DNA of 63,738 bases, the filler included, from Octopus bimaculoides (Eukaryota), in assembly GCF_001194135.2 (NCBI RefSeq). It is 8 parts of 8 records of this genome, joined end to end, with 100 filler letters (N's around TTAATTAATTAA, not from the genome) between each part and the next. Parts side by side here need not be neighbours in the genome. Positions count along the whole stretch, not along the records: positions 41,754 to 50,421 come from NC_068985.1; positions 50,522 to 60,290 come from NC_068987.1; 6 more parts are not named here. One strand, given 5' to 3'. Numbering within the stretch: the stretch's first letter is position 1; each line of letters starts with the position of its first letter. Positions 46,852 to 59,727 of the stretch are shown here, in pieces. The position numbers and the translations under genes were made by a program. The notes under the pieces were generated by a model. The model had not been told where the DNA came from. It made no database searches and worked only from the letters and a program-made list of their open reading frames with translations.

Positions 46852-48188
46852 NNNNNNNNNNNNNNNNNNNNNNNNNNNNNNNNNNNNNNNNNNNNNNNNN
46901 NNNNNNNNNNNNNNNNNNNNNNNNNNNNNNNNNNNNNNNNNNNNNNNNNNNNNNNNNNNNNNNNNNNNNNNNNNNNNNNNNNNNNNNNNNNNNNNNNNNN
47001 NNNNNNNNNNNNNNNNNNNNNNNNNNNNNNNNNNNNNNNNNNNNNNNNNNNNNNNNNNNNNNNNNNNNNNNNNNNNNNNNNNNNNNNNNNNNNNNNNNNN
47101 NNNNNNNNNNNNNNNNNNNNNNNNNNNNNNNNNNNNNNNNNNNNNNNNNNNNNNNNNNNNNNNNNNNNNNNNNNNNNNNNNNNNNNNNNNNNNNNNNNNN
47201 NNNNNNNNNNNNNNNNNNNNNNNNNNNNNNNNNNNNNNNNNNNNNNNNNNNNNNNNNNNNNNNNNNNNNNNNNNNNNNNNNNNNNNNNNNNNNNNNNNNN
47301 NNNNNNNNNNNNNNNNNNNNNNNNNNNNNNNNNNNNNNNNNNNNNNNNNNNNNNNNNNNNNNNNNNNNNNNNNNNNNNNNNNNNNNNNNNNNNNNNNNNN
47401 NNNNNNNNNNNNNNNNNNNNNNNNNNNNNNNNNNNNNNNNNNNNNNNNNNNNNNNNNNNNNNNNNNNNNNNNNNNNNNNNNNNNNNNNNNNNNNNNNNNN
47501 NNNNNNNNNNNNNNNNNNNNNNNNNNNNNNNNNNNNNNNNNNNNNNNNNNNNNNNNNNNNNNNNNNNNNNNNNNNNNNNNNNNNNNNNNNNNNNNNNNNN
47601 NNNNNNNNNNNNNNNNNNNNNNNNNNNNNNNNNNNNNNNNNNNNNNNNNNNNNNCCATATAACAAACATTGTCAGAATGATTTAGAGCTTATCGGAGGAA
47701 TATAGACAGGCGAAAAAGGAAAAAGGAAAAGTAAAAAGAAAAAAAGAAAAAAGGGAAAAAAGTTCGTTAAGTTTTTAGGCTTACACTTTTGTGTCCTTTC
47801 AAGGTTGCACATGTGTGTATATTTCTTCAGTTAGAGGATCAACTTCTAATTGTTAATTGTTGGTCTATTTGTTACCTTATCTCTGTATATATATACATAA
47901 TTAATTCAATAATAGGATAAAATCTTTTACAAGAATTTATCAAGTAGCTAGCATGAAAAAACCTCATAAGGGAAAAATCATTATAAAGAATATAAATAAA
48001 TATATTTATTTATATAAGGGCATTACTATACATGAATTCCTCACGCTATGAGGGACTGTAAGGTCAAACTACCATAATAAACACATTTTTACCGAACGCG
48101 AGGAAATGCAACTCTCAAAGCTGGCCTCTTAAAAACAGATATATATATACATATATTAATATATATTATATATATATATGCATATATA

Positions 48189-48224
<36 letters not shown>

Positions 48225-48232
48225 GATATAGA

Positions 48233-48266
<34 letters not shown>

Positions 48267-49224
48267 CATATGCGTGCGTAAGAGCGAGAGTGTTTGTTAT
48301 TACTATTCTGTAAGTCATTAATGATTTGAATGATGTGAATCGACTTCATGCAGAATTCGATCTTGGTTTACGGAAAGTGTCTGTTCTATTCTATAGAATT
48401 TACTAAAGACCTCATAGAATATCGATCTTCAATTTGGTCTCTCTGGTGCAATGACCAATTCTGTTTGTATGGCAAGTATAGAGTCGATTGAACAATCGAT
48501 TCTCCTTTATATTGCTGCTTTTATTTTATCGATCCCGACTGGATTTGGAATAATACTATACAGAGACATAACTAAACATTGTTAGGAATTGAGGAATTTA
48601 GTTTATTCTTGTTAAGTCACTGATTTTCCAAGATACTAGCTTCGTTCTATCAAACACAAAGAGACATTCCAATATAAACTCATGTCAATAGGAAGAGCCT
48701 GTGATGTTCATACTTCTTCGTAATTGGAAGGAATCGCAACAAAGACCTTCTCAACTTGTCTCCTGTTAGAAATATTCTGTGAATTATGGCGAACAGTTTC
48801 AATCTTTAGAATTGTGCTTCTGCTTGCAAAACAACAATCCCAGATTTTCAAACCTCTTGCTGATTTCATGGTTTTCCAAATAATGGGAATATTTCTGATA
48901 GACATGACACAGAAATAATTCAAAAGTCTTTGATGGAATAAATGAACTGAAAAGATATTTGTACAACCAGAAATCAAAACTCGCTTGCAAGAACTTGTTC
49001 CGTTAATCTTGCCACAGAAACTAAAATATTAGGATTTCTTTCAATGACGCAAATCGACATATATTACTGGAGGTGAAGAAATGATCTATTAATTCAAAAT
49101 AAGGCCTCTAACTCCACATTGGTAGATTTATCCTACCATATCGGTTTTCAGCAGTTCAAAGAAGTGGACTAGCAGTTCAACCCTGTAAAGCAGTTACTAC
49201 AACAGAAAGAGTAAATGTAATCTT

Positions 49225-49942
49225 TTGTGTGTGTATCTGGGTTTGTCCACCGACCGCTTGACAACCGGTGTTGATTTGTTTATTTACCCGTAAGCTAGAG
49301 GTTCGGTAAAAGGGAATGATAGAATAAGTACAAGGCTTTAGAAAAATGTAATTGTGTCGATCCGTTCGTCTAAAAATTCCTGAAAGCGGTGCTCCAGCAT
49401 GGTCGCTGCGTGTAATGACTGAAGCAAATAATGGGTAAAAGATAAAAAATTCTGTTCTACTTTAGGCACAACGCCCGCAATTTTTGGGGGGAGGGGACCA
49501 GTCGATTTTATCGACCCCTGTACGCAACTGATACTTAATTTATCGACCCCGAAAAGATGAAAGGCAAAGTCGACCTCGGCGAAATTTGAACTCATAACGT
49601 AAAGACAGACGAAATACCACTAAGCATGCTAACGTTTCATATTTCTTTACTGCCTACAAGAGGCCACACACTGAAGGGACAAACAAAGACAGACAAACGG
49701 ATTAAGTCGATTATGTCGACCCCAGTGCGTAACTGGTACTTATCTAATCGACCCCGAAACGATGAAAAGCAAAGTCGATCTCGACGGAATTTGAACTCAG
49801 AACGTGCTAACGTTTCTGCCAGCTCACCGCCTTATCGCGTTTCTGTGGAGTGCTCAGCCACATGCATGTTAATTTCAAGAGCAGGTTGTACCATTGATCG
49901 GATCAACTGGAACTCTCGTCTTCGTAAGCGACGGATTACCAG
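49225..49942. mobile_element. SINE cluster: family A 3' half (49225-49440, +), two family B copies (49455-49625 and 49630-49833, -), family C tail (49838-49942, +)
   Basis: Each segment aligns with other copies in the window. Confidence 0.85.
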
Positions 49943-50521
49943 TTAGCTAGTCGAATGTCTTTCCTTTGATTGGTGGTAGAGGGTGTCTGTTTGTCACAGC
50001 AACCCCAGCAGCAGCCCCGTTCCTCCGTTGGAAGCTGTACTCCATTGTGTACCCCATTTCAGCTGTGTAGAGAGAGACAGTAGTTGTTAGGGAATGAGGC
50101 ATTTTGTAAGACTGAAGACGAATGTCAGTCCTTAAGATGAGGTTTCCTCATGAGCCAACTCATGCCTTTCATGGCTTCGGAGCCCTAAAATGGTTATTGG
50201 GTGCCATCCTCCCTCCTCTCAATGAAGTATTCCTTACTTCTGCAGTTCATACAAGGTAAGCCTATTTCTGTTATATTTGTTGCTTTCGCCGTCTGTATTG
50301 TAACATGTGTCTGTATTGTAATATGTGTCTTTAGAACGCTTCCTCCGTTTATAGTAAGTGGTATTCGAATACCCTACTAAATTCATTCTAACACCCTACA
50401 ATATATATATATATATATATANNNNNNNNNNNNNNNNNNNNNNNNNNNNNNNNNNNNNNNNNNNNTTAATTAATTAANNNNNNNNNNNNNNNNNNNNNNN
50501 NNNNNNNNNNNNNNNNNNNNN

Positions 50522-50555
<34 letters not shown>

Positions 50556-50726
50556 AGGATAGGACCATTACTTAACATAACGATTATATCAAGTGGCCAG
50601 CATGGGCACTTGATATGTTATATGAATACATGATGTGGTTTCAGAGTCAGTTCTTACTGCTATTTCTAGCATTGTGATGCCTCTTCGCTACCCTGAGTTA
50701 TAATTATATATCTACACACACATATA

Positions 50727-50941
50727 CGAGAGGTGTTGAAAAGTTCCTGGCTTCAAAGCTATCGCGAAAGGCCTGGCTGGAGGCCCAACTTTCAGAGTTC
50801 TTTTACAGTGCCTAGAAAAATTGGGGTAACCGTTGCAATAAATGCGTGAATCTGAGGGGAATATGTTGAATAAAATCATAATTAACTGATCCTCCTGTAT
50901 TTTCTTTTAACCAAAAGCAGGAACTTTTCAACACCTCTACG
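50727..50941. mobile_element. Mariner-derived MITE, complete (215 bp)
   Basis: ~27-bp TIRs CGAGAGGTGTTGAAAAGTTCCTGGCTT / AAGCAGGAACTTTTCAACACCTCTACG, flanked by TA on both sides. Confidence 0.9.
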
Positions 50942-52280
50942 TATATACATGTGGGTGGGGAGGGTCATGGATACATATGCGTCTGAACTGGAGGCGTAGA
51001 GTGTACGTATGCGTTTGTATAAAGTATATGAATGTATGAATCGTCGGCTTGTGTTTAAGCAACCGTTAGACAGCAGTGTAAATGTCACCATATGAAAACA
51101 ATAAAAGCAGAAAGTCTGTACATACAAACAATTTATATTGCATTACATCCTCATCTCTCGTGTCACCGTAAAACCAGGGTCAATATCAAACTGTGTTAAT
51201 TAGAGAATCATACGTGTGGCTACACCTTCCAACATAGTTAATTGTAATGCAAACCACTGCATCACCGTATCATAGTTCGCAAATTGCAACGCTATGTAAA
51301 CAAAGATACGCACATATAAACACCTACGTACATGAAAACCATTTAGACTAAAATAAACACACACACACACACACACACAAGCATACATACACACATATAT
51401 AAGTATTCAATACATGTGAAAATATGAACATATATTTCTCGCGCCTTCTTTACTCTCTGTCTCCCCACCCACCTTTCTTTCTCTCTCTCACACACACACA
51501 TACAGACACACTCTCTGCATATATGTGTGTGTGTGAGAGTGTGAGAGTGTGTGTGTGTGAGAGTGTGTGTGTGTGAGAGTGTGTGTGTGAGAGAGTGTGT
51601 GTGTGCTTGTGCGCCCGCGGCTGTGTTTGTACGCCCGATTGCGTGTAAAGAAAGGAAAAGTAATGGGGAGGTACTTAAATATATATTTATGTTTTTGTGT
51701 ACGTAATTATATATATGAGTNNNNNNNNNNNNNNNNNNNNNNNNNNNNNNNNNNNNNNNNNNNNNNNNNNNNNNNNNNNNNNNNNNNNNNNNNNNNNNNN
51801 NNNNNNNNNNNNNNNNNNNNNNNNNNNNNNNNNNNNNNNNNNNNNNNNNNNNNNNNNNNNNNNNNNNNNNNNNNNNNNNNNNNNNNNNNNNNNNNNNNNN
51901 NNNNNNNNNNNNNNNNNNNNNNNNNNNNNNNNNNNNNNNNNNNNNNNNNNNNNNNNNNNNNNNNNNNNNNNNNNNNNNNNNNNNNNNNNNNNNNNNNNNN
52001 NNNNNNNNNNNNNNNNNNNNNNNNNNNNNNNNNNNNNNNNNNNNNNNNNNNNNNNNNNNNNNNNNNNNNNNNNNNNNNNNNNNNNNNNNNNNNNNNNNNN
52101 NNNNNNNNNNNNNNNNNNNNNNNNNNNNNNNNNNNNNNNNNNNNNNNNNNNNNNNNNNNNNNNNNNNNNNNNNNNNNNNNNNNNNNNNNNNNNNNNNNNN
52201 NNNNNNNNNNNNNNNNNNNNNNNNNNNNNNNNNNNNNNNNNNNNNNNNNNNNNNNNNNNNNNNNNNNNNNNNNNNNNNNA

Positions 52281-52800
52281 ATCGTAACAATTCATCTTTA
52301 GATTTAAGTTTCTGTCGAGTTTTTCGTATAGCTCTATCTAGTATGCTCCAAAGATTTTCAGTTGGGTTCATGTCAAAAGATTGGCTCGACCAAGGAGGCT
52401 TTTTTATCCCATTTTCAGTCAGCCATTGTTCCTTTTCGCTGTGTGGCATGGAGCCCCATATTCCACGAATAAAAACTCATTTATCGTTAGGTTATCGTGT
52501 GAATACATCGGAAGTAGTCCTTGCTTAAGTATTTCGATGTATTTTTCAGAGTTTATGGTTCCAACACATTCGATCAGCTCAGAACGACCGTTGCTGGTGA
52601 CAGTTCCCCCATACCATTACAGAGATATCGCCATGTTTCACAATTGGTTTGAGTTGTTTTAAATCAAATTCTTGATTGGGAAGCCTCCAGACCCAGACAC
52701 GTCCACTGTCTGAAAATAATGCAAATCTGGATTCATCTGAGAAAATCACTCTATCTCAAAATGTGTTTGCTCTAATTCCTAGTTTCCTCATCTTTTCCCA
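52281..52800 (-). mobile_element. Tc1-like transposase catalytic domain, decayed
   Basis: VIFSDESRFALFSDSGRVWVWR, VMVWG, and WSSQSFDMNPTENLWSIL (WPxxSPDLNPIENLW) motifs; runs into a gap. Confidence 0.9.
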
Positions 52801-53468
52801 ATATTTAGATATTTGGGTTTTCTATTTAATATACTCTATTATATTTCCTTGAAAATTCATTCATGTTTCTTTGTCTTTTTTCTTTCACAATATCTTTTTC
52901 CCTATTTCTGCCTCTCTTTTTCATTTTAACTGTTCTTTCAGGAATATGGCATAAAATCGTATTCTTGTGAAGGGAATCAATGATGAACGTTAAAATAGAA
53001 ATATGCATGTTACAGAAAAATATACCGAAAGAAAAAGCGACAATGGATAAAAAGATGAACGAGAAAGATAAGATAGAACGAAATAAAGGAAAGGGGATGA
53101 ATAAAAGAAGTGAAAAGCACAGAAAGAAATTATTTACTGAAAGAAACAGACGAAAGAAACAGAAGAAAGAAAAAAGTTTCAAGAATAAGTGCAAGCCGAA
53201 TGAAGTGAAAAAGGTAAAAAAATAAGAAAAGGAGGCAAGAAACAGAGAGAGGACAGAAAGAAAGAATGAAAAAGAAAAACAACAAAGAAAAAGAGAGACA
53301 GAAAAAGGAAAATAATGTATATATGTATGTATTTGTGTTTGTGTGTGTGTTTGTGAGCGAGCGTGCGCGCGACCGTGTGCGTGTATGTTAATACAGTATT
53401 TGTGCAGCTGCTGTTATTATACACGGTCCTGACAAATGTCTACGCGCGTTTGAGAATGCATGTTTGTG

Positions 53469-53540
<72 letters not shown>

Positions 53541-53802
53541 CACATATATCTACATATACACTTCTACATATTTACATATATATATATCTGTATATGTGTG
53601 TGTGTGTTTATGTGTACATGTGTCTGCATGTGTTAATGCATGTACGGGGAGATGTGTGTCTGTATGTGTGTGCGTGTGTGTATGCTAATAAATAATGAAG
53701 TGTGTTTGTGCAGCTGTTGTAATTATGCATGTTCTTGACAAATGTTTCATTTTTAGACGATGTCTCGTAATTTTTTCCCGCGTTTACATTTTTCTCCCCT
53801 AG

Positions 53803-53850
53803 AAGACATCAATGGCATTTCCTCCTGCCTATAGTAGACTCAACATTTAG
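53803..53850 (+). CDS. Candidate terminal coding exon (KTSMAFPPAYSRLNI* in phase 0); host gene unknown
   Basis: Preceded by the pyrimidine-rich acceptor TTTTTTCCCGCGTTTACATTTTTCTCCCCTAG; the translation contains a PPxY motif. No upstream exon can be linked. Confidence 0.2.
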   Translation, partial: KTSMAFPPAYSRLNI

Positions 53851-54051
53851 CTTAGGTTTCTGTATGTATGCATACAGATACACAGAACTAGGGACGACGT
53901 GTCTCCTTGAAACATATCTGCATACATATGTCTTAATACATAGAAAAATAGATATACATACATACATGCACATGCATACATACATACATAATACATACAT
54001 ACATACATACGTACGTACATGTACATATATATATACACATATCCTTTAAGA

Positions 54052-54173
<122 letters not shown>

Positions 54174-54544
54174 GACAGAGAGAGAGGGGGGAAAGAGAGT
54201 ATTGCAAGAACTGTCACTGACAATAAGCTTCTTGTTAAGGAATAATAGATTTGTACTCTACCAAATATGTTGAATAAATCTATTTAATGTAAAATTGTTA
54301 TTATAGTATGACAAATTGTGCGTATGCGTCTATATATATTTTTTTTGGGAACGGTGAAGCTCGAAGCAGATAAAGCTATAAATGACAATGCCTAAATATA
54401 AGGTTAAAAAAACCTTTGAATACAAAACATCGAGGGATGCCCTCATCTGCTTTGAGTTTCACCGATCCCAAAATAACTATTTCAAGTTTTCTCGAATTTT
54501 CTAAATTCATACAACGTCAACGATATATACATCTGCATGTGTAT

Positions 54545-55018
54545 TCTTTTGTTCTTTTATTCTTTAACTTGTTTCAGCCATTTATTTGACTGCGGCCGTA
54601 CTGGGGCACCGCCTTGAAAAGGTTTTAGTCGAACAAATCGACCCCAAGAATTATTTATCCTTTAAGCTTGGTACCTATTCTATCGAATACTTTCGCCGAA
54701 CCGCTAAGTTACGGGGTTCTAAACACACCAACACAGGTTGCCAAGCGGTGGTGTGGAGCAAACACAGGCACAAAGACACACACACAGAGGTATATACATA
54801 TATATATATATANNNNNNNNNNNNNNNNNNNNNNNNNNNNNNNNNNNNNNNNNNNNNNNNNNNACGGGCTTCTTTCAGTTTCTGTTTAGCAAATTACAAG
54901 GCTTTGGTCAACCCGAGACTATTGTAGAAGACATTTGCCAAGGGTGTCACGAAGTGGGACTGAGCCCAGAACCATGAGGTTGGGAAACAAGCTTCTTACC
55001 AGACAGCTATGCCTGCGC
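54545..55018 (-). mobile_element. SINE family A, full length, internal (TA)n with gap
   Basis: Reverse complement of 35052-35930. Confidence 0.85.
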
Positions 55019-56029
55019 CTACATGATATCAAAATTTTCGACGCACACTCTACGACCTGGCCACTTACCCATTTCTGCTGCAACTCAAGTGGACGCAGTG
55101 AAATGATATCAATGACCAGGACACTTAGTAGCAAAACCAAATACGTCAATCAATGTTAGTATAAATTTATATGGACAAGCAAACATTGTTTCGAAATATT
55201 TGTCCACATATGTTCTCTTCTCAGTGCTTTCAATTGAATTTTCCCAACCCCTTAGCAGATTATACCATCAACATAGATTTTTTGTTTTCTGTCTCAAGCA
55301 ATTATGTCAAATTTGTTGCGTTTGCATTTGACAGAGATTTTGATTGTAATCTTCCATCAACACTCCTTGTGTTGAAAATAGTGGCCATTTTCACATTAGA
55401 AACATTTTTACATATGTTTGTTTGTTTGCTGTACTCTAACATCAGTATCATTTAAGTCGACGTCGGCATGAATAGCCTGAGTATGAAAAGGAAGATTGCA
55501 CTGACCAGAACAGTCTGGAACAGGTTAACAGAAAAGAAATACTTGCAGACGAAGTTGACTATTCTGAGACCGATAGATCCAAAGATTATTGGTAGAACTT
55601 GAAAATTAAAACAACCACCAAGTTAAAATATAATTAACCAAATATTGTTCAGTGTGACGACGAAAAAAAATATGCTCTATCGTGGAAATTAAATGTCTAT
55701 GGGCCATTGACAAGGAGTTTACAAATCCAGTACACAACATACACTTTCAGTTTCACACTTATTATATTGGAGCAACAGGATACGTACCAACCCACCTGCA
55801 GCAAAGCATGACTGAACTTTGGTTATTAGGGGAGAGAATGCAACTCCTTAATTCAAATGCTACCAATAATCACGATATCTGGGACAATAGAAATCTGCAA
55901 GTCGGTCTTGAGATTTAAAGGAAGGTGAACAAAAGATGTTTTCCTTCATAACTTTTCCATCAAGCAGATGGACGGTGAAAATTAACTGTAAATTAGAAAG
56001 CGAATGAGAAAATACATAAATATTGACAA

Positions 56030-57040
56030 ACAACACTTTGAACGCACCCTACCAACGACTGCTTGTCACGGGTGACTATTTAGCAGAAAGCACTCGGAAC
56101 GTTTGGAAGCTCACTATGCAATAAAGTTTTGTGTTAAAGTGAGCAAAAATGCTACAAAAAAAGTTATGAAATGCTCCACACTGCTAATGGATTAACTTTT
56201 ATGCTGGCACCAGAGGTGCAAGGACGATATAGAGGAGGTGATAGGCGAATAGAGGTTTGGGAGGGCAACGTACGTCGGAACATGAAAGTTGGTTGAAAAA
56301 ATTTGCAATTGTCTAGATGAAGACAATCGTTTACTTCTAAAGACAAGAAAATAGTTTGGAGTTGGTGTAGCAACTGTACACATAATTATTCATGAAGATC
56401 CGAACATGCACAAAATTTGAGCAAACTTTGTTCCCATGGTGCTCAGAGACGAACAGAAGGGAAACTGCAGTGGTAACAGCGGGGAGATGGTTGAGCTTAT
56501 TACATTCAATCCAAGAGCCCTTGAGTCTCTGGTTACCTGTTATGATCCGGAGACTAAGAAGTAGAGTTCCCTATGGAAGAATTCTGGTTCCCCCAGACTC
56601 AAGAAGCTAGGCAAAGCAAGTCCACCGAGGAGCTCGCGATGATCTCCTTTTTCAACAACATAGGCATCATCTACATCCAGTGTGTTCCCTCTGGCGAAAC
56701 GGTCAACAACTTTGTGAAGGTTTTCAGAGTTCAGGAAGAGATTTCGTCACAAAAGGCCAGAGCTCTTCCACCCGGATCCGTAGCACCTGTAACAGGACAA
56801 CACACCCGTCCACAATTCAATCCTGGTAACTCACTACTTGACAGAGAAAAACATCAAGGCTACTTCTTGTGCTCTTTTGGTTGTTCCTTAAGCTGAAGGA
56901 GAACATCACGAGCAGTCGTTTTCAGAAGATGAAGGAGGCTGGGACAATGATCCAACTTTGAAGGAGATTAGTTTTGTACTTCTTTGAACTTAATAAGTGC
57001 TTCTCCTGAAAATGTCTCAAAACTTCTGGAATGCAACTTG
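56030..57040 (+). mobile_element. Mariner transposon, decayed and internally deleted
   Basis: IKFCVKVSKNAT..YEMLHTA (HTH), CYDPETKK*SS.W..SGSPR, MISFFNNIGIIYIQCVPSGETVN motifs; probable right TIR ...AAAACTTCTGGAATGCAACTTG|TA. Confidence 0.85.
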
Positions 57041-57904
57041 TATGTATGTATGTATACATATATATATACATATATACATATATATGCATATATATATATA
57101 TACACAACAACATACATAGATATACTTGTATATGTGCGCGTGTATGTGTGTGTATACACAAACATACATATATCATGTATATATATATATATATCTTAAT
57201 ATGTATGTGCGTGTATATTCACAAGCGTATTCATATATGATTTAAGGAGACAAATAAAAAAATAAATACAAAAACGGAAATACATGTGCCAAAATGTCGA
57301 GGTTTAAATATGGAGTGGATATTAAGCGCTCTAAACAGCTTCAAGAATAAAAATTTTAATATTAGCCGATACTTAAAATGGTTTCCATGAATTTGTGACT
57401 GAATCAAATGACATTTAGCTTTAACCATATACACTATATACATGTTTCTCATTTTTGTACGTCTTGTGAAGTTTTACTTTCATGATAGATTGGACGAATT
57501 TTTCTCTGGTGAGTCTTTATTTTAGACATGACGGCTATGGCGAAATGTGCTTATTATTTTTCTTCTACTTTTATTTTTATTTTCTTTATTTATTGCTCGA
57601 AACCTAACTCTTGAGTTCATATCATGTTCTATATATATATATATACATATGTGGGGTGGGTTATGCGTGTGTGTGTGCACGTTTTATGTGAAAAGAGAAC
57701 AGTTTTCTGGGGTTTCTTTTTCAAGCACTTCGCATTAAGGCACCACTATCTCCCGAGTTTAAATCATATTTATTAAGGAATTTTTTCATAATCTTTCATT
57801 AGTCATCCATGGTTTGGACTGGAAGATCAGCGCTCCAAAATCCATTAATCCATTTGTTTCAAGACGTATTCGGTTTCGTCATCAAAATGAAATTTCAGTT
57901 ATAA

Positions 57905-59320
57905 TGGCTCCTGATTTAAGCACACGGGCTGTAATTTCCAGAGGAGGGGTTAGTCGATACCACTATCATCAATACGTGACTGATATATTTTATCGACCCC
58001 AAAGGCAGCGATCTGGCAGAATCGTTAGCTTGACGGGCAAAATGTCAAGCGGCATTTCGTCTGTCTTTACGTTCTAAGTTCAAATTCTGCTGAGGTCGAC
58101 TTCGCCTATTAAAGACGGTGAGCTGGCAGAATCGTTAGCTCGCCAGGCGAAATGCTTAGCGGTATTTCGTCTGCGTTACGTTCTGAGTTCAAATTCCGCC
58201 AAGGTCGACTTTGCCTTTCATCCTTTCGGGGTCGATAAATTAAGTACCAGTTACGCACTGGGGGTCGATGTAATCGACTTAATCGCTTTGTCTGTCCTTG
58301 TTTGTCCCCTCTATGTTTAGCCCCTTGTGGGCAATAAAGAAATAAGAGTCGTTAGCTCGCCGGACAAAATGCTTAGTGGTATTTCGTCCGTCTTTACGTT
58401 CTGAGTTCAAATCCTGCCGAGTTCGACTACTTCGGAGACGATAAAATAAGTAGCAGTTGAGCACTGGGGTCGATGTAATTAACTTACACCACTCCTTAAA
58501 TTGCTAGCCTTGTGCCAAAATTTGAAATCTATATGTTATCGACCCAGAAAGGATGAAAAGTGAAATTGGCCACAGCGGAATTGGAAACGAGAACGTTCAA
58601 AAAAATCTAAAAAACAGAAAAAAATACCGTATCTTCCGACTCACAGACGATTCTGCCAGCTCACTGTCCTTAATGATGGTTTTGATTTAGGAAACTTTGA
58701 GGATGGGGGCGATTAGTCAATCCCATTAACCTCAGTACTTGACTGGTGTTTAATTTCATATAAAAGCGGAAGGGTGATAACTTTTACTTTAATATGTTGT
58801 TTGTGCACTTTCCTGTTAATCACAAAAGATCTTGGGATTACTATCATAACTGATAGAAGCTTCAAATTTTATAATGATGAAGTTCTGATAGTTTTCATTA
58901 TTTATTTTACATTTGAAAGTGGCAAGCTGATAGAATCGTTATCACGCCTGACAGAATGCTCAGCGGCATTTCCTCTGGCCTTACGTTCTGAGTTCAAATT
59001 CCACCGAAGTCGACTTTGCCTTTCATCCTTTCAGAGGTTGATAAATTAAGTACCAGTTGCGTACTGGAGTCGATGTAATAGACTTATATCCCTCCCCTAC
59101 AATTGCTGGCATTGTGTAAAAATTTAAAACCATTATTTATTTTAAATGGAATGCGACGATCCAGCAGAATCCTTAGCTTATCGGACAAAATGCTTCGTTT
59201 CGTCCGACTTTACGCTCTGAGCTCAAATTCCCCCGAGCTCGACTTTTTGGTGTCGATGTAATCGACTAGCCCACTCGACCCAAATTCCAGGCTCTGTGCC
59301 TATAGTAGAAAGGCTTATTT
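57905..59320. mobile_element. Dense cluster of about 8 SINE family B copies in both orientations
   Basis: - 57905-57990; + 58002-58108; + 58112-58346; + 58349-58530; - 58535-58672; - 58680-58760; + 58918-59125; + 59150-59320. Confidence 0.85.
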
Positions 59321-59523
59321 ATTTTACATATGATGTGCATTTGTGTATTTATTCATGATCTTGTATCTATATATTTTTTTTCCAATGTTTTGCGTAATTC
59401 TCTATAAAAGTGTAGTGCTGTCAACAAATGACATTTTCTATCAATTATATTTCATATACTGCATTATAATGAGCGGCGATGGTGTCTTGTAAATGTCTGC
59501 ACAATCAACATATATCCAGTGTA

Positions 59524-59720
59524 GTGGAGCCGCAATGGCCCAGTGGTTAGGGCAGCGGACTCGCGGTCATAGGAATGCGGTTTCGATTCCCAGACCGGAC
59601 GTTGAGTGTTTATTGAGCGAAAACACCTCAAGTTCCACGAAGCTCCGGTAGGGAATAGTGGCGAACCCTGCTGTACTCTTTCACCACAACTTTCTCTCAC
59701 TCTTACTTCCTGTTTCTCTT
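59524..59720 (+). mobile_element. tRNA-derived SINE head (not a tRNA gene)
   Basis: TGGCCCAGTGGTTAGG A-box and GGTTTCGATTCCC B-box, no cloverleaf acceptor stem, continues into a SINE body. Confidence 0.75.
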
Positions 59721-59727
59721 GTACAAC

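Noticed and set aside
52826-53320. Lys/Glu-rich and Phe/Leu-rich ORFs
   Set aside because: Purine/pyrimidine-skewed low-complexity DNA; no motifs or splice support.
59524-59595. Possible tRNA gene
   Set aside because: A and B boxes are present but there is no acceptor stem or proper anticodon arm, and it runs into a SINE body.
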